Shown here one piece after another: positions 41,101-49,975 of a DNA stretch of 64,000 nucleotides. Position numbers and translations under genes: made by a program. Position 1 is the stretch's first letter. The number at the start of each line of letters is the position of its first letter. The notes beneath the pieces were generated by a model. The model was given only the letters and a program-made list of their open reading frames with translations. It made no database searches and was not told the origin of the DNA. The DNA is taken from positions 80,832,835 to 80,896,834 of the forward strand of contig NC_081356.1 in NCBI RefSeq assembly GCF_030684315.1, in the 5' to 3' direction. This DNA comes from Stegostoma tigrinum (Eukaryota).

Positions 41101-41354
41101 TAACGCATTCATGCAGTCAAGAAACAAGAATACTAACTTACCTTGGAGACATTACTTAGAGAATCCACAGGAGAAGAAGATGTTTCATGCTTCTCCACTT
41201 GCTGGCAAACATTCTGTAGCAAGGATGCATATTCTTTGTCACTCTTAACTCGTAAAGACATAAACTTCCTCAATGTCTCCAAGACTTTAAGCTCAGATTC
41301 TTGCAGTTTTAGTAGGGCCTCATGGGAATTCCGAAGGTCACTTCCAAATCCCAT
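4995..41354 (-). CDS. FER: FER tyrosine kinase, N-terminal 414 aa (F-BAR + FX coiled-coil region), spliced from 8 coding exons; gene continues beyond window start
   Basis: Exons 41142-41354, 40658-40831, 31110-31209, 30358-30541, 14222-14359, 13077-13196, 8834-8956 and 4995-5184 (213+174+100+184+138+120+123+190=1242 nt) splice in frame. The peptide [18 protein letters not shown]...DARSITSM aligns by eye to vertebrate FER residues ~1-412. Confidence 0.97.
6352..6515. mobile_element. Penelope-like terminal repeat fragment with internal inverted duplication
   Basis: gccaggcagcatcagaggagc ... gctcctctgatgctgcctggc inverted arms; same family as 47395, 49185 and 50430. Confidence 0.7.
6520..7020 (+). 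mobile_element. Old CR1 LINE 3' remnant
   Basis: Degenerate cagttctgg (QFW) and CR1 3' ORF2/UTR motifs. Confidence 0.5.
7284..7308 (+). repeat. G25 homopolymer
   Basis: Direct reading. Confidence 0.9.
7425..7630 (-). mobile_element. HE1-type SINE, 3' part
   Basis: Reverse complement matches gattggccatgctaaatt core and CR1-derived tail of the 49668 copy. Confidence 0.7.
8834..8956 (-). CDS. FER: FER coding exon 7 (123 nt; absent from ORF track)
   Basis: [41 protein letters not shown]; acceptor ctccaataatag|, donor GA|GTAAGT. Confidence 0.94.
9525..9845 (-). mobile_element. Young CR1 LINE 3' end
   Basis: ORF ...[33 protein letters not shown]..., a typical CR1 ORF2 C-terminus, followed by 3'UTR. 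Confidence 0.9.
9850..11835 (-). mobile_element. Older CR1 LINE ORF2 fragment with a short SINE inserted at ~9982-10143
   Basis: Remnant peptides ([16 protein letters not shown]; [10 protein letters not shown]-like); degenerate RT motifs on the minus strand. Confidence 0.75.
13077..13196 (-). CDS. FER: FER coding exon 6 (120 nt; absent from ORF track)
   Basis: [40 protein letters not shown]; acceptor tttttatctgcag|, donor AT|GTAAGT. Confidence 0.94.
13630..13842 (+). mobile_element. CR1 LINE 3' end
   Basis: gaactgccagaggaagtagtggatg...tttaaaaggcatt...gtctgtttccatgctg tail, same as 24110-24305. Confidence 0.8.
14222..14359 (-). CDS. FER: FER coding exon 5 (138 nt)
   Basis: [46 protein letters not shown]; acceptor ttccattatag|, donor CAG|GTAAAA. 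Confidence 0.95.
16006..16233. mobile_element. Penelope-like terminal repeat (family A) inserted as a perfect palindrome, with 10-bp TSD
   Basis: Arms 16047-16140 and 16141-16234 (2 mismatches, no spacer); flanking AATTCAGAGC at 15996-16005 and 16234-16243. Confidence 0.85.
16142..16175 (+). ncRNA. Minimal hammerhead ribozyme motif (mirror copy on minus strand 16106-16139)
   Basis: ct-CTGATGA-A-GGGT ctgg GCCC-GAAA-C-GTC-ag; stem I only ~2 bp. Confidence 0.6.
16244..16528 (-). mobile_element. Penelope-like terminal repeat (family B) with a 21-bp unit tandemly triplicated at 16424-16484
   Basis: Homologous to 47074-47315; ttggtgatgtcatttcctgca x3. Confidence 0.85.
16322..16361 (-). ncRNA. Minimal hammerhead ribozyme motif, FER-sense
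   Basis: Reverse complement tca-CTGATGA-T-GTTAC ctagaata GTGAC-GAAA-T-GTC-tga. Confidence 0.6.
17465..17800 (-). mobile_element. tRNA-headed SINE (same family as 28768-29127)
   Basis: Reverse complement of ggttcactcatgtccttcagggaa / gtgactccag core; another decayed copy at ~21665-21897. Confidence 0.8.
19600..19698 (+). mobile_element. CR1 3' tail ending in (TTCTATG)n
   Basis: ggcacaacattgtgggctgaagggcctgttctgtgctgtactgttctatgttctatgttcta; same tail as 33395-33460. Confidence 0.8.
22500..26225 (+). mobile_element. Old CR1-clade LINE fragment split by nested insertions
   Basis: Degenerate RT motifs at 25250-25520 (LDIKTA, FTDD) and 3' end ...cacaccccgtgaatgaataaa at ~26200-26222; related pieces at ~11900-12560 (-) and 62850-64000 (+). 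Confidence 0.55.
23270..25027 (+). mobile_element. Rex1/Babar-like LINE ORF2 fragment, interrupted by a CR1 3' end at ~23803-24305
   Basis: Peptides [69 protein letters not shown]; tail catgtgacaacaataaaatcaatt. Confidence 0.8.
26270..28750 (+). mobile_element. Decayed CR1 LINE ORF2 with a nested younger CR1 3' end (~27345-27815)
   Basis: [57 protein letters not shown] motifs. Confidence 0.85.
28768..29127 (+). mobile_element. Near full-length tRNA-headed SINE
   Basis: A box TGGCTTAGTGG, B box GGTTCAAATCC, tail ...catcccgtgaattaataaagaaaaaaa. Confidence 0.85.
30358..30541 (-). CDS. FER: FER coding exon 4 (184 nt)
   Basis: (G)[61 protein letters not shown]; acceptor ctttcctcctacag|, donor TT|GTAAGA. 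Confidence 0.96.
31110..31209 (-). CDS. FER: FER coding exon 3 (100 nt, GC donor; absent from ORF track)
   Basis: [34 protein letters not shown]; acceptor ttatattcag|, donor AAG|GCAAGT. Confidence 0.94.
31965..33460 (+). mobile_element. CR1 LINE 3' half (RT domain largely readable, frameshifted)
   Basis: ORF 32156-32872: [53 protein letters not shown]; CR1 tail ending tatgttcta. Confidence 0.95.
33985..36320 (+). mobile_element. Near full-length decayed Penelope-like element (5' terminal repeat, RT, GIY-YIG endonuclease)
   Basis: Degenerate family-B repeat at ~34060-34170. RT motifs [58 protein letters not shown] remnant [18 protein letters not shown]. Many stops and frameshifts. Confidence 0.88.
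35105..35128. repeat. (GT)4(GC)7GT alternating purine-pyrimidine tract
   Basis: gtgtgtgtgcgcgcgcgcgcgcgt. Confidence 0.95.
36334..37152 (-). mobile_element. CR1 LINE ORF2 fragment
   Basis: [65 protein letters not shown]. Confidence 0.93.
39120..40252 (+). mobile_element. CR1 LINE 3' fragment
   Basis: [22 protein letters not shown], cagttctgg, CR1 tail ...gtacgactatgac. Confidence 0.88.
40658..40831 (-). CDS. FER: FER coding exon 2 (174 nt)
   Basis: [58 protein letters not shown]; acceptor ctttcaag|, donor AAG|GTAATT. Confidence 0.95.
41142..41354 (-). CDS. FER: FER first coding exon, CDS part (exon acceptor at 41430; 5'UTR 41355-41429)
   Basis: [71 protein letters not shown]; donor AAG|GTAAGT; upstream acceptor ttatttatttttcag. 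Confidence 0.96.
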
Positions 41355-44300
41355 ATTGACTAAGGCACCAAAATACCCACAGTGCTAAATGCAAATTCAC
41401 CACTTAACGCTCAAAACATGACCCTTGTTCTGAAAAATAAATAAGACAGTAAAAGATATTATGCAGATTCTGTAACATAAAACATGTCAAGATCAAGTAG
41501 GTGTCAACAATCTTATTCTATCATTTCTCAAACCTTTGAAACTCGTGCACCTCTACGTGGATGAGTTTGTCCCAAAATATGTACAACAAATAAATCATTG
41601 GAAATTCTTAAAATGATACTGTCCTAAAAACAATGTTTCATGCAATGTTCCACTCCTATTTCCCCGAGCATCCTTGGATGTATCGCATTCAGCCCCAATA
41701 TTTCTTCAATTATAGTTGGCTCATCGAAGACCCACTCCTCGTCAATTTCAATTTGGTCTGATTTATCTCCTTTCACGATAACTTGCGCAGCATCTTCTTT
41801 AATCAAGACAGATGTAAAGTATTCATTTAATACCTGGACCATGTTCTTGTTGCCATGCACAAAATCTCCTGTACCATCTCTTATCTCCCTGATGGCTGTT
41901 TTGTTTTCTGACAGTTATGTATCATGATAAAGCAAAAAGTGTATTAAAATAATATACTGTTTAAATTGTGGTCAACACAAGCCTCTAAAATTACACCATG
42001 CCTTTAGTTGTGGCTACATGACACCGGTTATGAATTACTGTCAGGTCCCATGCTAACATAAAATCAATGTTGGAGGCTCACTTTAACATTTGAAGTAAAA
42101 TAGCTTTACTTTAAGGCACAACTGCTTCTTAGATTGGTTTGGCTTTTCAACTTAAGAAGTGTTCTAAAGGGAAATAGCCATTTTCCTGGAATTGAAACAA
42201 TGTTATTTTGGCTTTTCACATGCATTAGCTAAATTTATTATGCTGCATCTTTAATACATATGTTGTTAATTCAGTTTTATGCATGTGCGCTGCATGGATT
42301 TTGTGACAGCATAACTTATACTTTTGTTACTTTTAGTTAATTTGTTCCAGGAAACAGTCACTGTTAAGTCAGTGTCAAATGGCTTATTTCACAAAAACAT
42401 ACTGTCAGACTTTTGAATTAACCAGAACACTTCAAATGTATCACTTAGCTATTGGAATGATATTAATCATTAGAACATGACACCACATATGCTTAAAGCA
42501 ATCACACAAAATTACCTTGCACACAAAATTAGTTGACAGCTCTTTACAAAAAAAAAGGAAAAGCTACATTGAATACTGTGTTCCTACAAATGACTGATAT
42601 TTGGGGAACTGGTCAGCAGAGAACAGGAAGTGATATCATAAAGATGACTACCATTTTGTAACTAGACAAAAAAAATGGCACTTATCCATCAACAAATCTG
42701 AGATTAATATGTGCTGTTTGCATGTTGGCAAGCCAATCAGAGCTCAGGATTTTGACTAGCACACAGGTTCTACAAACAACCAGTAAGAGAAGATAAGAAA
42801 AGCAAAAGAACAAAACAGGAGACAAGTGACCAGTCAGGGAGAAGTCACTAGCTGGTGTCCCAGACTAGATCAACTGAATTCACTGTCTTATTAAGCATTA
42901 TTCTTTATGATTTACTCAGCAACTTTATGAAACTTGTGAAAACATACATGTATTATTAACCAGCCAGGACCGAAAGGCCTTTAAGAACTTGGTTCATAAT
43001 TATATTGACTTAAGCCTTACAACTAAAATTAAACAATATAGGCCTTGCAATCCTTTTACTATTTCTATGCCAAACCATGACTTTCTGATTCCTTTGTCAA
43101 TCTCTTCGCAAACCATTTTTTTGCTTTTCCACTTCCTCACTAAACCTTCTATATTCAGCCCAGTACTTAGTACACTAGATCTGACAGTCATGGACTTGTA
43201 CGGTCCAACTCACCCATGCCAACTAGGTATCCTAAATTAATTCTGACATCTGTTAGAAGCACACTTGTTTTTTGGTCTCTCGCTCTTTCATTGGGCAGGG
43301 GACTTGCACACTAACTTCTTTCTTGACCGTTTGGCAGCCACTCATTCCCACTCTTCCAGCGTACTCTTAAGCTACAAGAGGATCATGCCTATAAACATGC
43401 TATCCTTGAAGTTCTCAACTTCATGCAAGCACCACACTGATGCCACCTGCTGCAATGTGCAATGCCGACTATAAATATGGTTATCTAGACTTTCCACATA
43501 GCACAGGAAGTGCATTCCAGAAGTCAAAGCAGTCCAGTCATTCCTCTATTTAGTACATTGTTTCTACTAACACAACTCAAAAAATACTATTAGACCTCAC
43601 TACACTAAGAGTTCTCATTGTTCACGTCCTCTGTTCATATAAATTAAACATTGGGAAGCTAACTGAAAATTTTATATAAATATTTAATGTTTTTAATCTC
43701 TCAGTTGCTTCCCAACTCATTACCTAACTTTGGAAAAAGGGAAAACAACAAAACAAAAGCAATATTCATCAAAACCAATAAACTCTCAGCTTTCCTCCAC
43801 CAAACCCAGAGACTTGGAATGCTGCTAAACTGAAATAGAATTGTGGATGCTGGAATTTTGAAACAAAAAAAAGGAAATTACAACAGGTCTGGTAGCATCC
43901 ACACAGCACTGTACTTGAAATGTTAACTGAGTTTTCTCTCCACAGATACTGCTGGGCTGCCAAGTTTCTCCAGAAATTTGCATTTCGGAATGCTGCTAAA
44001 CCAGAATCTGTCAAGGTGAGACAGTAATACGTCACACTTCTAGCCCTCAGTTCCTCTCTTCCCTGGTATTCCTGATATTTTTCAAGGTCTACTCGTGTTA
44101 CTCCCATACTCTCTCCAGTTATTTTGAAAGTAGTTTAACTCAAGGCTTTCTTGTGATGTCACAGTTGGCATTCACTCTCTTACTTGTGACCCTAACCAAC
44201 ATCATCCCCCTCAAAGTCTCTGCATGGGAAACCTAACCTGCTTCATGCTCAAAGACTCAGAGCATTCAAGAAACTCAGCATGGCCTGTCAAGTGAAACAG

Positions 44301-46859
44301 GTTTTGAGTTCAATATGAAGTCACGTTGGACACAAAACATGAACACCGTTGCTCTATGTCAAGGTGTTGCCAGATGTGTACAGATTCTGCAGCACTTTGT
44401 TTTTATTTCAAAGCTCCAGAACCCACAGTATTTTTGTTGTTATTTCAGTCATCCTTAAAAATGAAGATATCACATCTGTGGTTGGATTTCCATTGAAAAA
44501 TTTTAATGAAGTTCCTATGATTAGAGATCCAAAACATCTGACATAATTGCAGATTTTTAAAACAAACCACATACCAAAATTCTTGAAAAAAATTTTACAA
44601 CATTTCAGAAGTTAAATTCTTGAGGATCCTTCCCACCATTAAAGTAATTCAATATTTTAAAGCATGTTCAAATATACTTGCTGCTTACATTTGTGATGTA
44701 ACTGAATTTTACCACGCTCGGGCCAATTCCTATTTTAATATGTCAAGACCTGAATCCAAGGAAATGTTATCCATATTCAGCAGTAAAACAATGTATATAA
44801 TTTGACAAATCTCACAAATGGGATTAAATAGGATCAGGATATCCACAGAAAATGCAGAATCAGTTTTGTTGCAGTGCAGAAAATGGCCATACTCCATGTT
44901 TTATTGATCATGTTTTCTAACTGTCTTACAAGCTTTAATGATTTGTTGACATATAGACCAAGTGTCTGTACTCCTGCTCATCCTTTAGAATAATGTTTAT
45001 TTTAGTTTATACTGTCTCATCACATGCATTTCACCAAAATCTCTTACATTGCTCTACAAGGAATTTCATCTTCCACCTATCCGTCCAATCCAATCTGTGG
45101 CATTTTGAAGATCCATGCTTTTCTCCTCAAATTTACAATTCTTTCATATTTTCTATCATCTCCAAACTTGAAAACTTTCTCCTGTAATGCATGGTCAAAG
45201 TCACTTGTATAAATCAGGAAAAGGGTCCACTACAAACTTTCCGCTGCTTGCAAAATACCTATTTTCCATGACTGTTTCCTATCACTCAGTCAATTTTGTT
45301 CAGATTATGACTATCCATTTAACTTCATAAGCCATAACTTTTCTCAAGTGTGTTCTGCAGCTTTGTATCAAATGTCCTTTGGAAGACAATGTACAGATAT
45401 TGATAGCACAACTTTTATCAACTCTGTCTGTTACTTCTTCAAAAGAACTCAAACAAGTTAGTTAAACATGATCCAAAAATTTGTGACAATTATATTTTCC
45501 CATTTCTCAATCACGTGGTCATAGCAGAACACAAAGAAGGGCCAGAAACTGCATGCAATCAAAACTTGGTTCATAAACCTAATTCATTTTTTTAAAAACA
45601 TATCACATACACAAATACGGCAAAAAATTCTCATTCAAATTCCCGTTAGTAGTGAAAGGAGGTAAATTAATCTACTTTGATAATACTAGCTGAGGTGGAA
45701 GTATTGACTCAAATAGTAATTCAGCATTCTCCATTAAATACAGCCAAGTTCATTTCAGCAAACGTGCCACCTTTGTGGGTCTTTCAAAAGACCACAACTT
45801 CCAAAAATACAAATTCTCCCTCAAGAGGAGATTGCCATTTATTTCTGAGTTCCAATTACATGGACCACCAATACAGCCCAAGCGAAATTGCAGGGCCTTG
45901 ATGAACTTGAAGGCAATACGTTTTTAAAAAGTTTATAATTTTTCTTCTTATGCAACAGCATTGTAAAGGAACGATAACGTGAACAAATCTATTTTTCTTA
46001 AATATGTCTTCAGCAGGCAAAAGTAAAAGTCAAAGTCAAAAGATTACAAGAGACTGCACATCAGTTCACTGTAATTTAGCAATTTAATTACAATGTTCTA
46101 ATACAACCCATGGCTCTGCAACATCGCACGATAAATCCTCTTAACCGACTTCACAGTTGCCATCTTAATTAGTTCCAACAGCAAAGTCTTCAATCATTAA
46201 CTTTCCAGGGGAACTTCTTCCAGATTCATAACAACTTGATAACTTTCGCAACTTCTTTCCACCCACCCTAAAGTTCCTGTCAGCCTTCTGTACTCCAGCT
46301 GAAGTTATTCCAAAGCCTCACCTCACTCAAAATGACAGTTCCATCTCTATTTCACTGCTGGATCTACACTGTACACTTGATGGCTTTAAAGCTCTTTCTG
46401 GAATGGGGTATTTAAAATTGCACAGTATACTCTACATAACACATACTACTGGCATTCAGAATAAATATTAAAGCCAGGCAGAAAAACTCAGTGTGCAAGC
46501 TAACCAAGAGGCTATCGTAAGGGATTGTGAGATTTTCTAGTAGTATGCAAGAAACCCTTATATTTTCCCCCTACAGATGTCTTTTTATTTGATCGTCCAT
46601 TTAAACTGGATTTTCTGCAAAAGAACATTCGAAATGGACATCTGATAAAAAAGGAACCTGCTGTTCATCTGAAGATCATTCAAGCTACTGATATTTTTCT
46701 GTTCATGTTTAACTGTCAGCTTTGAGTAAATAACTATTTCTCTAAAATTTGCAACAGTACTAGAAATATATCTCAGATTGGCAGCACCCAAGACCACCAA
46801 TCATGCAGAGAAATGTGTCACACAAGATTAGTAATAGGAAAATAAACAAAATATTTTCT

Positions 46860-47315
46860 GGATGTAAGTTTGCTCGCTGAGCTGGTAGGTTCGTTTTCAG
46901 ACGTTTCGTCACCATTCTAGGTGACATCATCAATGAGCCTCCGGTGAAGCGCTGGTGTTATGCCCCGCTTTCTGTTTATCTGTTAGGTTTCCTTGGGTTG
47001 GTGATGTCATTTCCCGTTCTTTTTCTCAGAAGCATGGCATTCCAACCGGAACTCCATCAAGCCCATGTGCTTGTTGATGGAGTTCCGGTTGGAATGCCAT
47101 GCTTCTGAGAAAAAGAACAGGAAATGACATCACCAACCCAAGGAAACCTAAACAGATAAATAGAAAGCGGGACATAACACCAGCGCTTCACCGGAGGCTC
47201 ACTGATGATGTCACCTAGAATGGTGACGAAACGTCTGAAAACTAACCTTCCAGCTCAGCGAGCAAACTCACATCCAGAACCTCAACCTGAGCTACAAATC
47301 TTCTCAAAACTCGCT
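46860..47315. mobile_element. Penelope-like family B terminal repeat as ~205-bp inverted repeat with 13-nt spacer and 12-bp TSD
   Basis: Arms ~46856-47060 and 47074-47279; TSD AAAATATTTTCT at 46848-46859 and 47316-47327. Confidence 0.9.
47198..47238 (+). ncRNA. Intact minimal type I hammerhead ribozyme motif
   Basis: tca-CTGATGA-T-GTCACC tagaat GGTGAC-GAAA-C-GTC-tga: full core, perfect 6-bp stem II, TCA/TGA stem I, GUC cleavage triplet ending 47235. Confidence 0.78.
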
Positions 47316-49182
47316 AAAATATTTTCTTTTCTTTGGAACATAAAGACCATAAGAAATAGGAACAGGAGTTAGTCGTTGGTCCCTTGTCAACACAGTGTGG
47401 AGCTGGAGGATCAGAACAGGCCAGGCAGCAGAGGAGCAGGAAAGTCAACGTTTCAGGTCAGGACCCTTCATCAGGAAGCAAGAAGGGAGCTGGGAATTAG
47501 AGGGAGGCGGGGCAGTAGGTGGGATGGTGACAGGTGGATGCAGGTAGGGAGCATGGTGATTGGCTGGTGGGAAGGGCAGGAGGAAGGCAGGCAGATTGTG
47601 TCAGGTCAACGAGGCAAGATAAAGGAGGGATGGGGCTGGGTGTGGGGAGGTGGGGTGGTGATAACTGAACGCAGGTAAGGGGTCGTAGGAATTGGTCAGT
47701 GAGAAGGGTGAGGCAGATAGGTGGGAAAGACAATGAACAGGGTGTGTCCGGTCAGGGAGACAGGGATGAGTGTGAGGGTTAGACTTGAGGTGAGGCCAGA
47801 GCTGGGGAGATTTTAAAACTGGTGAATTCTATGTTCAGGCCACTGGGCTGTAGGCTCCTGGGGCAGAATATGAGGTGTTGCTCCTCCAGTTTGCGTGTGG
47901 TGTCACTGCAGCATGGAAACAGCCCAGGATGGATACGTCATCATGGGAGTGGAAGGAGGAGTTAAAATGGTTAGCGACTGGCAGGCGTTGTTGATTACAG
48001 CGTACTAAGCACAGAGCTCCACACGCTGGTCCTCAAGACTGCGTCTGGTCTCACCGAAGTAGAGATAGCCATGTCGGGAACAATGGATACAGTAGATTAG
48101 GTTGGAGGATGTGCAGGTGAACCCCTGATAAATATGCAAAGTTTATTTTGGGCCTTGGAGGGAGGTAACAGGGGAAATGTAGGGGCAGGTGCAGCACTTC
48201 TCACGGTTGCAGGGAAAGATGCTAGGTGTGGTGGGGTTAGTGGAGAGTGTGGAGCAGACAAGGGAGTTGCAGAGAGCGCGGTCACTACGAAAAGCAGATA
48301 GGGGTGAGGAGGGAAATATCTTGGGTTGTGGGGTCAGAATGTAGGTGGCAGAAGTGGCAGAGGATGATACGCTGGATGCAGAGGTTGGTAGATGGTGTCT
48401 TTGTATTTGTTTTTGTTGGGGGGTGCAGAAAAGACTTGGAGTGCAGAAGTGTGGGAAATGCAATAGATGCTGTTGGAGGGCATTTTTGATTATCGGATTG
48501 GGGAAGCTGCAGCCCTTGAAACAGGAGGACATCTGGGATGTTCAGGAGTGGAATGCTCCCTCTTGGGACCAGATGCAGCGGAGGTAGAGGAATTGGAAGT
48601 ATGGGATTGCATTCTTGCAAGAGGGGGGCTGAGAGGAGTTATAGTCAAGGTAGCCCTGCGGTTGGGACTGAGTTATGCCTGTCTCTTCATAGGATACGTG
48701 GAAGAGTCCCTCTCCTGCTGTTACACCAGCACCATCCCTCACCTCTTTCTCTGCTACATTTATGACTGCATTGATGCTACCTTGTGCTCCTATGAGGAGC
48801 TTGAACAGTTCATCAACTTTACTAACACCTTTCACCCAACGTCAAATTCACTTGCACCATCTCATATCTCCCTCCCCTTCCTGGACCTCTCCGTCTCTGC
48901 ACGGACATTATTTCAAAACCACAAACTCCCATAGCTACCTTGACTACACTTCATCTCACCCACCCTTGTGCAAGAATGCAATCCCATACTCCCTATTCTT
49001 CCGTCTCCACTGCATCTGCTACCAAAATGCAGCATTCCAATCCCAGGCATCCCAGATGTCCTCCTATTACAAGAATCGCAGCTTCTCCTCTCCACTGATC
49101 AAAAATGACCTCAACCACATCTTCAGCATTTCCCACACTTCTGCCCTCAAATCCCCTCCCCTCAAAGACAAAGACAGAGGCC

Positions 49183-49315
49183 AAGGTAACAAGGTGCAGA
49201 GCTGGATGAACACAACAGGCAGGATGCTCCTCTGATGCTGCTGGCCTGTTGTGTTCATCCAGCTCTGCACCTTGTTATCTCAGATGCTCCAGCATCTGCA
49301 GTTCCTACTATCGAA
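49183..49315. mobile_element. Short Penelope terminal-repeat hairpin nested in the composite element
   Basis: taacaaggtgcagagctggatgaacacaacagg with perfect inverted copy; TSD-like AAAGACAGARGCC at 49170-49182 and 49316-49328. Confidence 0.8.
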
Positions 49316-49667
49316 AAAGACAGAAGCCCCCTGGTCATCACATACCTCCCCACCAACCTTCACAAGCAGCATCTCATCCTCTGCCACTTCTGCAACCTTC
49401 AGTCAGACCCCAAAGAGATATTTCCCTCAGCATCCCTATCTGCCTTTCACCCCTACCATCCCTCTGCAACTCCATCTGCTCCACACTGCCCACCACACCC
49501 CATACCTTTCCCTGTGACCACTGCTGGTGATATACTTGCCCCTACACCTCCCCTCTCACTCCATCCAAGGTCCTAAACAAACCTTCCAAATCCAACAGGG
49601 GATCTTCTGCACATCCTCCAACCTTGTCTAATGTATCTGTTCCTTCCCGATGTGCCCTCTTCTACAT

Positions 49668-49975
49668 CGGTGGCTCAGTGGTTAGCACTGCAGCCTCACA
49701 GCGCCAGGGACCCGGGTTCAATTCCAGCCTTGGGTGACTGTCTGTGTGGAGTGTGCACATTCTCCCTGCGTCTGCGTGGGTTTCCTCCCACAGTCCAAAG
49801 ATGTGCAGGCTAGGTGGATTGGCCATGCTAAATTGCCCATCGTGTTCAGGGGCGTGTGGGTTAAAGGGTGATGGGAATGGGTCTGGGTGAGATGCTTCAA
49901 AAGGATGGTATGGACTTGTTGGGCTGAAAGGGCCTGTTTCCACACTGTAGGAAATCTAATCTAATCTAAAAAAAC
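49668..49975 (+). mobile_element. HE1-type (V-SINE) elasmobranch SINE, near full length
   Basis: tRNA head ggtggctcagtggttagcactg...gggttcaattcc, core gtgtggagtgtgcacattctccc, gattggccatgctaaattgccc, CR1-like tail + (ATCTA)n. Confidence 0.88.

Noticed and set aside
42510-42524. 15-mer identical to the exon-2 donor context (40652-40666), possible extra 5'UTR exon donor
   Set aside because: A few 15-mer matches are expected by chance in 64 kb of AT-rich DNA, and there is no strong paired acceptor
49668-49730. tRNA gene
   Set aside because: A/B boxes continue straight into SINE core and LINE tail; no complete cloverleaf. The same applies to 28768 and 581.
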